A DNA stretch of 60,225 bases, filler included, from Basidioascus undulatus (GCA_000826855.1; 4 parts of 4 records of this genome joined end to end with filler, not necessarily neighbours in it); one strand, 5' to 3'; numbered from the whole stretch's first letter, positions 47,058 to 60,192 are shown. The notes: generated from the letters alone by a model not told the origin. Program-made: numbers and translations.

Positions 47058-49134
47058 CGGCGCGTTCCCCTCAAAACCTGCTTGACCATTTCAGCAGACG
47101 GTAATGTTACAGCTCTATGCGCACAAAGGCTCACTGACCGTGTGCACCTTTTCAATCCCAATCCAACCGCCCTCGCTACCAGCGTCGACCTGGCATGATA
47201 TGCTCGCCTGCACCGGTACATCTATTGCTTGACAGAAAAGCCGGTAGAGACATGGCTCGCATTCGACTGTAATCGCCTCCCGCCGCCTCCGCCTCCTGAT
47301 GATCTTTACGCGTGCGCTGCTGCGGAGTGTTCGCTTGCGCGAGCCGCGCAAACCCTGCCTTGAGCTTCTAAGACGTGCAGCTATCTTGTCACCAGCACTC
47401 AGCTATCACGGATAACTTCAAGAGCCTTATCGCTGGACGAGATGTTGGCACACGGTCCGTCGTGGCGAGAGGTATGCGGTGCACACTGCAACTCGATGTG
47501 TCAGCGGTGCGCGGGTGCGGCTATTGCTCCTTGGCGCATTAGCGCGAGGACTGGCAAAAGGACAAGAAGGTTCGCCAAGTTGTCGTTAATGGCCTCTGAG
47601 GAATCGCATGCGCTGACGGCCGGTAAACAGTGGTGCAAAGCAAACCGCCTCCCTTTAGCTGAACAAGTTGGCTGGGTGTCTTCGATGGGTGCGCTGTTGA
47701 CGACTGAGAATATATCAAGCTTGTGATAGACATTTTTGGAAGCTTGGCATTCAGTTGAAGCGGAAGTCTTGCTCGGAAGGCCCGAATCAACCTCCACCGC
47801 GACTGCGCCTTGTGGTGCGGTGCAGGCTTATGGTGGATGCAACCTATTCCACGACTCTGAACAGTGATACTGTTGGCAGCTTTGGAGATTTGAGATGGAT
47901 TGCAAAAGATGCGGTGGTCCTTCCTGGCTTTGGGAACGGCTGCGCTGATTTCGCAGAGAGACCGGTTACGAAGCTACAAAGCGGTAGTCGCTGGGCCCAT
48001 CGCAAGAGGTGCAGACTCGAACTTTAACAAAATGCGGTGAGCATGTCTGGTGCACTCATGCCTCGAACACTCGGAGACAGACAGAATGGATGGCCCTTGA
48101 ATGACCCGAGCCTAAAAGTCCTCCAAAGAAACACATCCGAGCTGCCCTCCTCTCCAAGGGGAACGTCTGCGCACCTATCCACCCAACTAGCAACTTCCAA
48201 AAGGTGTCACCGCGCTGTCCAAACCCAACCACGCTAGTGCGCTTGAGAACTCCTCGACGGACGACGGCGTATCACGCCTTTCTTCAGGTCGCGCGTGTGC
48301 GCTGAGCATAGCAGCTCGGTCGACTGGAGCGCAGGGGGGAAGATGTGTATGTATATCTGTGCGTTTTCACTCCGCAAGTCAAGTGAGCAATTGAGCTGTA
48401 CGGCAAAGATCGAGCAACATCCACTCCCAGAATCTGACTTGCCCTGCACACGGTACCACGAGCACAGGAATGTTACACCCAGCTGATGTGACGAGCGCAC
48501 CCGCGCGACCTCGAAGAAGGGATGACATCGTCCCCCGTCTGGAAGTTCTCAAGAACATTTGTGATGTTATCTCGGATGGAATGGAGAGCTTTGGCAGCTC
48601 GGCCCCACGATTGCATGTCAAACAGCTCGCGGCCGTCGAAAGCCATACATCTTAAACAATCAGAGCTACGAGCCGCATTTAGTTGAGAAATATCAAAAGC
48701 GTTGTTTTCAAACATTCTCAGTCTTCTCATAATCCTCCTTGTGGTCATCGCTGTGCGCAGTTTTGGAACACCCCTCCTACTGTTTCTACTCGGCCCGCTC
48801 CGATATCTGACCAACACTAGTACTGGCGGCTTCTGGCAGCTTTTCAGTTTTCAGCTTGGCGCGGTGTCTAACCGGAACTGATATGAAACATCCTGCACGA
48901 GTAGGCTGCGTTCTCTTTCTGTTCTCCTGCCGTCACAATTGTTTCCCAGGATGTTCACACCACACCCCAGAAAGCTTATGCAAGTCTTCGCGTGCCCCGA
49001 ACCCTTTGCAACATCACCCACCACCACGTCAGCGAGAAGACCTGCTACACTTGCCAAAGGCTAGTTGGTCTGTAAAGTAGCACGAAAGAGGCATGTCGGT
49101 GCGGAATGTTGAAAACTCACAGAGCCGACTACCT

Positions 49135-49485
49135 TCAGTACCACGGACCCGGGTAAGGGTAAGGCGGCCTCGGGAAGGGCGGGTAGTGCGGGAACGGTGG
49201 GCGGTAGGGAGGATACCCGCCGTAGGGAGGCCGCGGGTAGGGGCCGGGCAACGGCGGGTGGTAGGGTGGGTGGTAAGGCGAACGGAAGGCACCGCCAGCC
49301 GGTGCAAACTGCCGCGCGTGCAGGTCCGGGTCCGAGTGCTCACCGTCGTCCTCGTGAAAGGGGTACGCGACGGGGTCGCCAGAATCATGGCGGGCGCCGA
49401 GGTCGTCCGTGTCCGGCGTGGGACCAGCGAGGCCGAGATGAGCGGCAAGTGCAACGAGGACAAGGAAGACGGTGCGGTTCGCCAT
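49135..49485 (-). CDS. Small secreted prepro-protein (116 aa) with a Pro/Tyr/Arg-rich C-terminal peptide
   Basis: Single exon, CACCATGG start context. Signal-peptide-like MANRTVFLVLVALAAHLGLA, then acidic segments ending DLGAR and DLHAR, then QFAPAGGAFRSPYHPPYHPPLPGPYPRPPYGGYPPYRPPFPHYPPFPRPPYPYPGPWY*. Confidence 0.8.
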   Translation of the reverse strand: MANRTVFLVLVALAAHLGLAGPTPDTDDLGARHDSGDPVAYPFHEDDGEHSDPDLHARQFAPAGGAFRSPYHPPYHPPLPGPYPRPPYGGYPPYRPPFPHYPPFPRPPYPYPGPWY

Positions 49486-49543
49486 GGTGATGGGGGAACT
49501 ATTGCCAAGTGCTGTTGTGGATTGAGAGCGTCGACAAAGTCTG

Positions 49544-49549
49544 TATATA
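49544..49549 (-). promoter_or_regulatory. Putative TATA box of the Pro-rich secreted peptide gene
   Basis: TATATA about 60 nt upstream of the ATG at 49485. Confidence 0.5.
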
Positions 49550-50564
49550 TCCCTTTTTCCAAGCTCCGACAGAGCTGCTGCAGCGCTTGGCAGCGCGACG
49601 GGTGCAGTGTGATCCATACATGTTGAAAGCATTGCTCTTCGTCATGTTCACAGTTCAATCCACCGTTCCCGTCTACAATGACTTCTTGTACTAGACGGTG
49701 ATGCATGTTGCACATGTTCAAGGCTGACACTGCGAAAGCAGGGCCACGGGTCGAGTCTATGTGCATCACTCTCCGTGGCTGTCAGCTTGGCAACCACCGA
49801 TCGATTGGCTACTAGGAGGCCCCTGTATGTCCGCGGAGGCTGAGCCTGCACATAAAATACTGGCACCCAGATGCTGGAGCAGCGACCTCTGAGCATGCAC
49901 GGGCGAGCACGGGCTGGTCGCGTCTCTAGGTTTGCTGTCCTGGTTTGCCGATCTCTTCTGCTCGATTTGTCGGTCTATTGTACTCGAACATGGACTGAAA
50001 GCATATGAAAGGCAATTAAGACCCAAGAATTGTACGAGTCGGTTGAGATTACCGAGCTTGCTCTATGCTCATGCGAGTGCCGAATCAGGCACCTTAGCCC
50101 CTTGGCAGCGAAGCCGCTTGCCTTTCCCTCGGCGTTGCGGCGTCGGAACGACCATGTACGAACTATCGAACTTTTGACGGGAACAGTAAATAGAGTTAGC
50201 GTAGCTCATCCAATCCGGATATTTGCTAAGTCACATCCTTGCAGCCGCTGCAGGAAGCTCCTTCTCGCCCGCCCGACCATCTGTGCGCTTACTCCCACAG
50301 ACCACGCCGATAGAGGCACAGTGAACAGCGTATATGATGGTCCGCGGGTACAGAAACGGTCAAAGTACGTAAACCAGGTCAAAGGGTCCTTCAGTGTATG
50401 TCAACCCAGCACAATCAGGAAAAAGGAAACAGATCGTAAGGGGGTAGGGTGTCGTCGAGAGGCGTCAGGTACATTATCGTAGCATTAATAAGTTAAAACG
50501 AGGAGGAGAAAATCGAATACGGAGTACAAAGCGCAGAAGTGAAGAGAACCACCGCATCAACCCA

Positions 50565-51365
50565 TCACACCTTCCACCGGGGCAGGCGTTCCCTGCCATC
50601 CTCCAGCTCCTCATCCCTCCCATGGCCTACTGCGGCCCCACGCCCCGAACGCAGCGAGCGCGTCGTCGGCGGTGGCGGGGTAAGAGGGTAGGCGTCTCGC
50701 TCCCCGTTCCCAGGGCTCGACCACGCCCGCGCTCGACGCCGACGGTCCGCCTGGTGCAGGCTCGAGGTCTCCGAGGAGTGCGCGTGCGAATGCGAGTGAA
50801 AATGAGCGTGGTGGGAGGGAGGGATGTCGACCACCTCCAGTCCGAGCTCAGGCTGCACCTCGTCCCTCCACCGAACCGTGCCCGTCCCCCGGCGCGGGTG
50901 AGTCCGGCTCTGCGTCTGCGCGGGCGGGCGGCCGGGGGAGAAGTCCTTATGCTCGTAGGGGTACTTCTCGTCATGGCCGAGAATGATGACGCGGCGCCCC
51001 GTCGTCGTGGCCGAGCGCGGGCGCGAGCGCCTGGCGGACGCGGACGGCGCGGGGTAGAACACCAGCGGCTCGGGAAACTTGAGGATATCGCTGAGCCCCG
51101 CGGGGACGGAGAACGACGGCCAGAGGCCTGCACCTCGATCGGCGCTGCTGCTGCCGTGAGAAGTAGAGGGAGTAGGCGACTCGCGGGTGGCGGAGAAGCG
51201 CGCGTAGAGCTTCTGGAAACACGCGTTCAGGCCCTGAGCGGAGAAGGTGGAGGAAGCGGGCGTGCGAGCGCGCTCGTGACGCTCGATGATGGTTGTGAGG
51301 GAGTCAAGCGCGGACGGAGAGGAATGGATCGAGGGAGACGTCGGGCGCGAGGAGGAGCGGCGCAT
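50565..51365 (-). CDS. Hypothetical low-complexity Ser/Pro/Arg-rich protein, single exon, ~266 aa
   Basis: Open frame from MRRSSSRPTSPS... to ...RLPRWKV*, GC-rich codon usage, pyrimidine-rich 5' leader. Overlapping ORFs in other frames lower confidence. Confidence 0.55.
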   Translation of the reverse strand: MRRSSSRPTSPSIHSSPSALDSLTTIIERHERARTPASSTFSAQGLNACFQKLYARFSATRESPTPSTSHGSSSADRGAGLWPSFSVPAGLSDILKFPEPLVFYPAPSASARRSRPRSATTTGRRVIILGHDEKYPYEHKDFSPGRPPAQTQSRTHPRRGTGTVRWRDEVQPELGLEVVDIPPSHHAHFHSHSHAHSSETSSLHQADRRRRARAWSSPGNGERDAYPLTPPPPTTRSLRSGRGAAVGHGRDEELEDGRERLPRWKV

Positions 51366-52455
51366 TGACGGAGGGGGGCAGCGGCCCTGCGCTGGAGGGT
51401 CGCAGAGAAGGCGAGCGGGGGGAAGGGAAAAAAATATAGAATGGTTGATAAAGATAACGAGATATGTATGCGCCCGCACTGCCAGCGTAGCGAGGCGAGG
51501 CGAGGCGGGGCGGGCGAGCAAGGAGATGGTGAGCCAACGACGAGCGAGCGGCGAGCAGGGGTCGGTTTGAATCTGCGGTCGCAGTTCTCGTTCAAAGAAG
51601 GGGAATAGAAAAATGATGTATGTTGGTCAGTCTCGATAAAAAATTTGTGAGATGGCTGACAGGCTAGCCAGCCAGTTCGACCAGAGTCAGTCCAGCTCGA
51701 GGAGGTCGGTCAGCACAAGCACACCCAAATGCTGAGTGAGGCTGACGCCAAAGCGCCTTTGACAGTGAAATCTGGTTATTGCGCTGTGAGTTGAGAGTGG
51801 AATTGATGCGAGTAGATAATCCAGCAACGGACGCTGTGAGCTGTATGTACCGAGCGATGCGGCATGTCGAAGCTCAACAGGCGCAGAGGCGTTGGGGGCA
51901 ATTTCGACGGCGCATGCCTGCCTCGAGCGTAAGGTTAAATGAATACCTTCTCACGGACCAATACTTTGGGGGATGCAGTTGGCAATGAAATAAAGGGTAA
52001 ACATTAATAAGTCCCTCGGGAGCCCGTCCACAGCTTCGTTCATGGTCGGGTGACTCGCACACCATCTCAGTCCCTTCCTTCCGGCAGCCAAGCAGCGCTT
52101 AAATGATGAAATGCATGACATGGGGCGTAGGACAAGGTATCCGGGTTGGCCTCAAACGATGCGAGGCAAAGTATGGTGTGGGAGCGGCAGGTTTGGGGGG
52201 GGGGGTAACATGTAACGAGAACAGGACAAAGCAAAGCGAGATGGAGACACAGGGAACAGGCACGAGTGTCGATCATTATACGAGAAGGAAACAGAGCAGA
52301 GCTCGGGATGGTTTTAGACGTAAAGGCGTAAGAGGACGTATAGTATTGGCGTTAAGAGTGTTGAAGTAGTGTATGCAGATGCGATTGTGGGAGGGCGGAG
52401 GGAGGAAGGAGGAAGAGTGGGGGCAATGCGAGATTTGGATGGGAATACGCGACGA

Positions 52456-55400
52456 TCACCGGATGAAAAGCGAGAGCACCTGCGCCTGGACGGCCTGCCA
52501 GAACGGAAGCTCTGGATGCGGGCCCATGCACGGCGCGCCGCCGAGCGTCGCGAGCGACGACTTAGACGTGCCCCCGACGTACGTGACGTCGTCGTCGTGG
52601 CTCTCGTTGCGGGAAGGAGCTGCAAGTGCGAGCGTGCGTCGTCAGCATTCTGCTGGGAACTTCAAGAGAGTGCAAGCGAAGAGAGACCCACCAAAGTAGA
52701 AGCCGGAGACGAGGACGAGGTAGCTGAGGATGAGGATCGAGCCACGGTAGTAGTTGCTGCGGCTCTCGGTCATGACGTAGGTGAGGAGACTGCGATGCGC
52801 AGGGCGGCGGCGATTTGTTAGAAGACGGCGCTGTAACTCAAGACGAAATAAAGGCAACGCACAAGACGGAGAAGATAAACGCAATCGCGTCCCAGCGGGA
52901 GAAGATGAGGCTGCCGAAAGAACAAGCGTTTGTCAGCTGCTGATTGCCTCCTCCGCTGAAGAGCCTCTGTACGTACACAAACACGTTGTCAGCGGGCGTC
53001 GCCGCGGTGCTGGTGAACGCCGAGATGGCGACCATGGCCGGGATCTGCAGCAAGCAGACCTGCAGCGCGTACGCGGAACCCTGCAAGCCGAAGTCAACAC
53101 GTCGTCTCGGTGCGGTAGAAAGGGAAGGAGAAACGCACGATCTCAATCGAGAGTGCAATGTTGCCGTTGATTGCGAACGACATGGCGTTCATGAACTCTG
53201 TCGTGTTGGGCACGAGCGCGAACAGCGTGATACCGAGGAACTTCTCGTCGATGCCCGAGCCCTCGAGGACAACGTCTACGACGTCGACAAGGATCTCTGT
53301 CCGCCATCGATACGCGGGTCAGCTATTTACGGTTACCCAAGACGCCCACGAGAGACGCAACGCACCGGCAATAGCAGCGTACAGCGCCGTGCAAGCGAGC
53401 AGCACGCTCGCGCTCGTGAGCCTGCTCCACTCGGGCGCATCGTGGCCTCCGTGGCCTTCCCCGCCGGCGCCATGGGCCGCCGCGTCGCCAGGCGCACCAC
53501 CGCCGCCGGTCGAAGCCGTGCGGGCGTGCTGCTGCTGGCGCATCGCGCTGGCCGTCGCGGCCGCGACGGCGCGGTTGGAGTCCTCGTGCGTCATCTTCTG
53601 CGGGAGCTGGAGCGTCGCGGCCTGCTGCTGCTGCTGCTGGGGCTGGTGGTCGACCGGCGACGGCTGCGTGCCAGTCGGCGCGACGGACATGCGGCGGTTG
53701 GCGGGGGAGACGGTGGACGTGCTCGGCCCGCCGAAGGCGACGGACTGCCTACTCCCGGCCGGCGCGGACGTGGGCAGCGAGCCCTTGTCGATGCGCTTGT
53801 AGACCGATGCACGCTGTGCCGGCGGAAGGTGGCCGAGCGCGCCCTGCGCGGCGCCGGGGCCCGTCGTGTCGAGGTGCTGCATCAGCTGCTGCGGGTTTTG
53901 CCAAATCTGTGAGGCATGCGTGCGGAGCGAGAACCAGAGGCCGATGAGGTACGACTGTTCATAAGGGAAGGCGAATGGGGAGCAGTGTCAGCTGGCGCGC
54001 GGAGTTTGTTGCACGCGAAGAGAAACGCACGAGGACGAGAATGGCCGCACAGAAGTACATGAGGTGCTTGACGTTCTCCTGGTAGAAGGGGTCGGTGTGC
54101 GGGTCGATGTGCTGGTAGTAGCACCGCTGGCAGCGCCACGGCTGGTCGCTCGGCTGCTCCTTCGGGCACCCGCGACAGACGAGCTGAGACTGTTACCCAG
54201 AGCCCAACGACTTCATTACTATGCGCGCGACAGGACACAACGCGGGACGAGCGCAGGCCAACGCACCGAGCCGTAGGTCTGGTAGAAGAGTGTGGGCGTG
54301 AGCGTGCCGATGATGGCCATGATGAGCATCGTGCTCGTGACGCCGGCGGACTTTGCGTTGAAGCGCTGCTCCTTCCTCTTGAGTGCGCCGGAGCACATCG
54401 ACGCGCCGGGCATGAGGAGGACGCCGGCGAGGAAGCTTCCGACGAGGGAACCCTCGACAAGATGGCTCTTGCCCTCGGCGAGCGCAAATGTGTACAGGAG
54501 GATCTCGATGATGGAGCCGAAGGTGGCGTTGATGACTGCGCCGACGCCGATGGACGACTGGGCCGAGATGGACGCGACGGCCATGCCGATGAAGTAGCTG
54601 AGGGGGATGACGGACGCGAGCGCGAGGACGAAGATGACCGCGCGGGAGGCGACGACGGCGAGGAAGCCGTGCTCGATGTGCCTGCGCTCGACGTAGGGGA
54701 GGACGACGAGCGCGTCGATGATGACGAGGAAGACGAGTGGCATGAGGTTGACAAAGAGGATGTTGACGCCGCCGACGGTGTACTTGAGGTACTGCAGCCC
54801 GCCCGCGCGGTACGTGCAGATGAGGACCGTGCTCGTGTCGCCCGTCTTGGTCGGGAGCGTCTGCCCCGCCGTCAGGCGCGCGACCTTGAACGTGCCGCTC
54901 GGGCTGCCCACGCCGCCGTTGCCGTTGTCGGCCTTGGTGCTCGAGCTCGCCTCATCCCCGTCTTCCTCCGCGCGGCCTGAGCCCTCCTCCTCCTCTTCCT
55001 CCTCCTCGTCGGGAACGAGGATGCGCGGTGCGCGCCGGAAGCGGACGTGGGTCGGGTGGCGCCAGAGGTGCTTGACGAGCGCAAAGAGGAGCTTGCCCAT
55101 GGGGATCGGGAGCGCGAAGAAGTAGCAGAGGAGTCCGACAGCGAGGAAGACGGGGCCGACGACGACTGTGAGGACAGTGTAGAACGCGATCCGCGCGGGC
55201 GAGACCTTCGACTCGGCGTCGTTGTCAAACTTCTCGCCCTCCGCCGCAGTCGGGGACACGGCCGAGCCGTTGCCCGCCGTAGCGCCGTACGAGTCGGGGC
55301 CCTTGCCCTTGCCGACGGGCGAGCCGTAGTCGATGAGGGACGTGCGCTCGTCGATGTGCCGTTGGAGGCCGGTAGGCGTGATCGTCTGCGTCTGTTCGAG

Positions 55401-56857
55401 CGGCGCGCCGGCGCTCTCGTCGTTCGGGGTGCTCGGCATGCGGATCGCCGTGGGCGGGCCGTTGTCGTCGTCGAACTTCCAAGCGCCCTGCGCCTGGCGC
55501 GGCGTGCGCGCGCCCTCCTCGTCGACGTCCTCAGCCGCGGCGCGCTCCGACTCGAGCTGGTCGAGCGCGCGGCCCTCGACGTACTTGCCGCCGAAGGGCC
55601 AGACAATGTACCAGCCGAGGCCAGCGAGCACCGTCGTCCAGGTGCCGTAGCGGCAGCCCTCGGCGACGTAGACGATCGCCGCACCGATCAGGCAGAGGAT
55701 CGAGAGCCACCAGCCGGCCAGGACGAGCCAGAGGACGTTGGAGAGCAGGAAGGAGGTCGTGAGCGCGGAGGGGACAGCGTGAAGAGCGCTCTCGGCAGCA
55801 CGGGTGACGGAGCGAGACTTTTTGTAGAGCGCGGGCTTCCAGATGGGAAGACCGAAGGGGTGCTCGATGTTGATGGCCTGTACAGCACCGAGGAGAACGC
55901 AGTGAGCTTCACGACCATAAACTTGTCGAAGCAGCAACTCACGTCCTGGCGGTCCTTGAGCGTAATGTCCTCAATTTCGCCCGACGTGTCGTCCTCCTCA
56001 TCTTCCTCCTCGTCGTCATGCATCTCCGGCTCGTTCCCGAGCTCGTCGGCCGGGCCCTCTAGGATCTCCGCCTCCTCATCGTCGCCGTCCCTGACCCTGG
56101 TCGACGCCCTGCTAGGCGCGCGATCATGCCAGTCGGACTCCTCCGCCTCGGAGAAGTATCCGTGCCAGGACTGGCCCTGCGCGACGCGGGGCGACGACGG
56201 GCCCGCGGTGCCGGTCGCGCTGGACGCGACGGACGACGCGAGCGACGGCCTGCGGACGTCGAGCTGCGGGCGGTTGGAGTTCTGGCGGGGGAACGTCGGC
56301 CGCTGCGGGTCGCCGAGCGGGCCGGGCTGGGGCGGGACGGAGAGGGACGAGTCAGAGAGAATGGACTGGCGCGCGCGCTCCTTCTCTTTCGCGCGCTTCT
56401 CCTTCTTGCGCTCGCGCTGCCGGCGGCGGATGAGCGCTTCGCCCCGGTCCTGCGGGACATCTTCGTCGTCGTCCACGCCCAGGTCGTCCTCGACGCGGCG
56501 CGAGCGCGGGGCAATGCGGCTGGAGGTCGCTGTGCGGGTGTGCGTGGACGACGGCGCGGCGGGGGGCGGGCGCCGGCCCTCGTCCGAGTCGTATGCGGAC
56601 TCGGCGGCGGAGGAGAGGTCGGCGCGTGAGGACGCGGTCGAGAGCTCGCGGCTGCGCTCGTGCGGGGTCAAGGTGGACTGGGACTGAGGCAGGGAGGACG
56701 GCGGGAAGGCCTTGGACGTCGGGCGCCCGCGAATAGTAGAGATGGGGGGTGCTTCGCGCGTGGGAGAGGGCGCGGCGGAGGAGGCGTGCGAAGGAGAGGG
56801 TGGGGGGTGGCCGGGGTAGCCGCGGACGGTGGACCCCGATGGGGTACGATCGACCAT
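52456..56857 (-). CDS. VNX1: Vnx1-like (CAX type II) vacuolar cation/H+ exchanger
   Basis: Motifs: EDITLKDRQD|AINIEHPFGLPIWKPALYKKSRSV, ICTYRAGGLQYLKYTVGGVNI, IGMAVASISAQSSIGVGAVINATFGSIIE, GHGGHDAPEWS, VPNTTEFMNAMSFA, GSAYALQVCLLQIPA, SNYYRGSILILSY. Ends LSLFIR*. Confidence 0.95.
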
Positions 56858-58446
56858 GGCGGGAGTCGGAGGGCTGTTTGAGGAAGAGACGGAGTCTGAG
56901 TTTCAAGAGATGCTGGTAGAATGCCGCTGGGGGGATGAAAAAGAAGGACAATGGCAGCTTGGTGCTTTGTTCCGTTCGTCCTCCTCTTTCACCCGGGCGC
57001 CGAACAAAGGGGTACCCACGGGTAGGTCGACAGGAGGTCCAGGAGCCGCGGAATGAGCTCAGAGTAGATGAATCGGAGTAAAGCTAGACAATGGAAACAC
57101 GTGGTATGTGAGCGGGTTCCTTCGTGGACCGAGTGCGAGCAGAAAGGTGAGGAGACGGGGACGGGGATCAGCATCCGTCTGCAACCGGCCCTGCTCATCC
57201 TGAGCGCCTCGGGGGCCACCACAGATCCCCAACAGCTCCAGAATCCACCAACGGTCCTCCTGGGTCCATTCCTGCTCCCCGCCAGCCCGCCCGAGCTTCG
57301 ACTCCCGCAAACTCACCTCTCACAGAGCGCGCTCAGACCGTGTTCAACCAGCGCCTCAGTGACTGCGAGCTGCGATCGAATAAGGGCGGCAGAGGGCAAG
57401 AGTCGTGAGTGTTCGTAAGAGTCGTAAGCGATATTGTAAGCAAATTCGAGGTCTGGCAAAGGCACACGTACAGAACGGGAGGAGGGCAAATTCAAGAAGC
57501 TGCACGATGCGCAGGCCGACAGGGGTGGCTCGGTCCCAGTTGGTCCCAGGTCCCGCTAAATGGGCGCTATTGGCGGCGCTGACAAAGAATTTCGGGCGTG
57601 GATAGTCGATGTACCCGAAATATATATCAGTGGTCAGTAAAGAGGGGCAAATCGTGCAGTTGTGATGATGAGGCGGAGAGTCCAAGCGGCGAGAGGGGCT
57701 CAAGCGCACGCGCCGGGGGTTGTCTTGACTTCGCTGCGACACATGTCCTCCTTGGGTGTCATCTAGCCAGAAACAGGTTTGACCTTTGAGCATCCCTTAT
57801 TTTCCATGGTCATCTGGCCATGGTACGGTCTACGCGAAAGGGTACGAAACGGAGGGTGGGGGATACCGGTGGCAGGAAAGAGGGTGGGCACCGCCGATTG
57901 GCAGCCGCCCGCAGCCGTTTCATGTCTGTTGCAACAGCACGTCTCTTACACTGAAGTTTACTATCCTCAGCTCCATGAAAACAGAGCGTTAAGATCAACT
58001 TCGTTGTTGTTAAGCAGCTGTAACAAAGCAGAGACCAACGGAGACGCTCGAAAAAGGACAAGTCTGTATACACCTTAATCATGAGTACTCGGGTACCTGA
58101 CATTTGCCCGTTCAATACTCCGACACTACTATGAAAGCGGAAGGGCTTTTACCCAATGATCGCCCAGCTACTGTCAAAACAAGCGGATCAGCCCCTACCC
58201 TTCCTAGTACTATACATCGGGCATTACAACAGCAACATGATTCGCCGTCGCCGATGCCGCCGCTTGATGGCTTGGCATGAAGGAAGGCCGCACAGCAATT
58301 TGCACAGTTTGCTCACCGCCCATGATGCTCCGAGGAGTACCTCGCCTTTGAGGACGGATATTCAGGAGCGTAGTAGTCTGGCCACCCGGGGGAAGCCACA
58401 CGCGACCGTTATCAACCTCCCACCACCCGAAGCGACTCATGTGAGG

Positions 58447-59491
58447 ATGCAGCTGTCCGTGCGACCCGCGATCATCGGTCTCCACAGTGGGCCCATCTTC
58501 TTCAGCCGCTTCCAGGTTGGCCTCCTTCTAGCTGACATGACCCCCACGAACGATAGCCTTCCACCTTGCAGCGAGCGTAGCCCAAGCAATCGTCGCGGGC
58601 GTGGCCCTGCCCACGACATGGCAGGGCACGTACACTTACAACCCCGTCACAAAAGAGACAGAAGTCTTGCGATCCTGGTTGACAAGTGCGTTCATCTCCT
58701 TCTCTTCTTTTTCTCATTCTCAGTGAGACTCACATTGAACTACCGCACCACACAGTGGGGATCTTCATTACGTTCCTCACACTCGCACCACTCTCTATCA
58801 TCGTGTCCAGCATTTTGTGCGTCTTCTCGCAGTCCTACTCATAAGATAACCAAGTTTACCTTGCCAATTCACAGGCTCGCTTACTCCGACCTCAAGAAGG
58901 ATGCATGGATGAGCCGCATCGGCGTGCAGATCGTCTGGCTGGGCGTCGTCGCTGCTATCTGGCTCGGCAAGTCTCCCTGCCAATCCTTACATCCATGGTT
59001 CTCACTGACCTGGAACCTTACCCGATTCTCGTGCTCAGGCGCTTCAATACTTTGCGCGGTAGCGCTACCCGTGGTGAACTGCTCCACTGTCGGTTTCTGG
59101 CGGCCCGACGGGTCCATAGGTGCACTGCTCCCTCACCTCAATCCGAGCAGCAGCTTCTAACCCTTTCGTTGCAACTCCGTGTTAGAATCTGCGCAAGGCG
59201 CCTGCTCCGTCGCCCAGGCGGTCCACGCGCTCGCGTGGATCTGCTTCGTCGCCTGTGCGTCTTCTCGTCTCCCAGTCTCAAGTTCCCAAGTCTCACACAC
59301 CCGACCCAGATGGTACCGCCTTCGCCGTGATCCTTGCCAGGTCCATGTTCCACCCAGCCCGAAGCAAAGCGTGGTGGAAGTCGGAAGTCGCATGTCTCGC
59401 GGGCGTTCTCCCAGGGCCAGCCACTCCTCAAGGAACCGCCCGCGTCGCTTCCGGGGCCGTTCAACACTGTTCGGATCTGGCTATACAGTAA
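58447..59491 (+). CDS. Small multi-TM membrane protein, MARVEL-like; 5' end approximate
   Basis: Spliced hydrophobic exons: SVAQAIVAGVALP; WMSRIGVQIVWLGVVAAIWL|GASILCAVAL...CS; CSVAQAVHALAWICFVA; GTAFAVILARSM...WWKSEV. One GCAAGT donor. Confidence 0.6.
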
Positions 59492-60189
59492 GCTTTTGGG
59501 ATTGACCACTGTACTGTGCCATATTTCGAAACTGAACCTTACATTCCCAAACGATGGTCAGGCCTCATGCTCGTGTTCGCGATAATCGAAAATGCTTTGA
59601 TGCCCGTTATTGCAATGGGTGCGTCTCTTCTCTTTTGCACATCATCTCGCGAACTATTTTACTCAATACTTACGTATACTTTACCACAGTCATCGGGTTT
59701 CAGGACGGCCTTTTCGGGGAGCGAATAGACGTCCGAGTAGGTACGCAGCTGAATAGTCGCCTTCACGCCCTGCCCTCTCCCGCCTTCCTCTCCCTGCATC
59801 GCGAATGACCCAGCTGTTTTACCCAAATTAGTCTGGGTCTTTACTGCCTGCGCCGGACTGGCCTTCTTCGCCTGGATCTGGATGTCGGTGCTGCAAGTCT
59901 CCTCGTCTTGCGCTCTTCAGCTGTGCAGTCAAGCTGAAAGCACTCCTTTTATCGCCTGTACGCAACGGTAGGCTGGGGTTCAGCAAACCCCACCAACGAG
60001 AGTTGATGGCCACATTGTCCGCGCATGCGGGCGTCACGGGCACCTTGACTTTGGGCTGGCTGGGTACGTTCTTCTGACGTGCAGTGATTCTTCACCAGGC
60101 TTACATTACAGCCTCCCGGGCTTTAAGTCCTTTCAATACTAGCCGTTGTCTTCGGAGGCCCTCTGCACGGGAATGCCAACGCTGGTGCG

Positions 60190-60192
<3 letters not shown>

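Noticed and set aside
55047..56687. 546-aa plus-strand ORF, and similar long antisense ORFs over IDE, NOP56, the reductase and the coiled-coil gene
   Set aside because: These are shadow ORFs caused by high GC at third codon positions of the real genes on the opposite strand; no motifs.
57059..57793. Minus-strand coding-like fragments upstream of VNX1
   Set aside because: Could not be assembled into a consistent gene or assigned to a family; may be a decayed gene.
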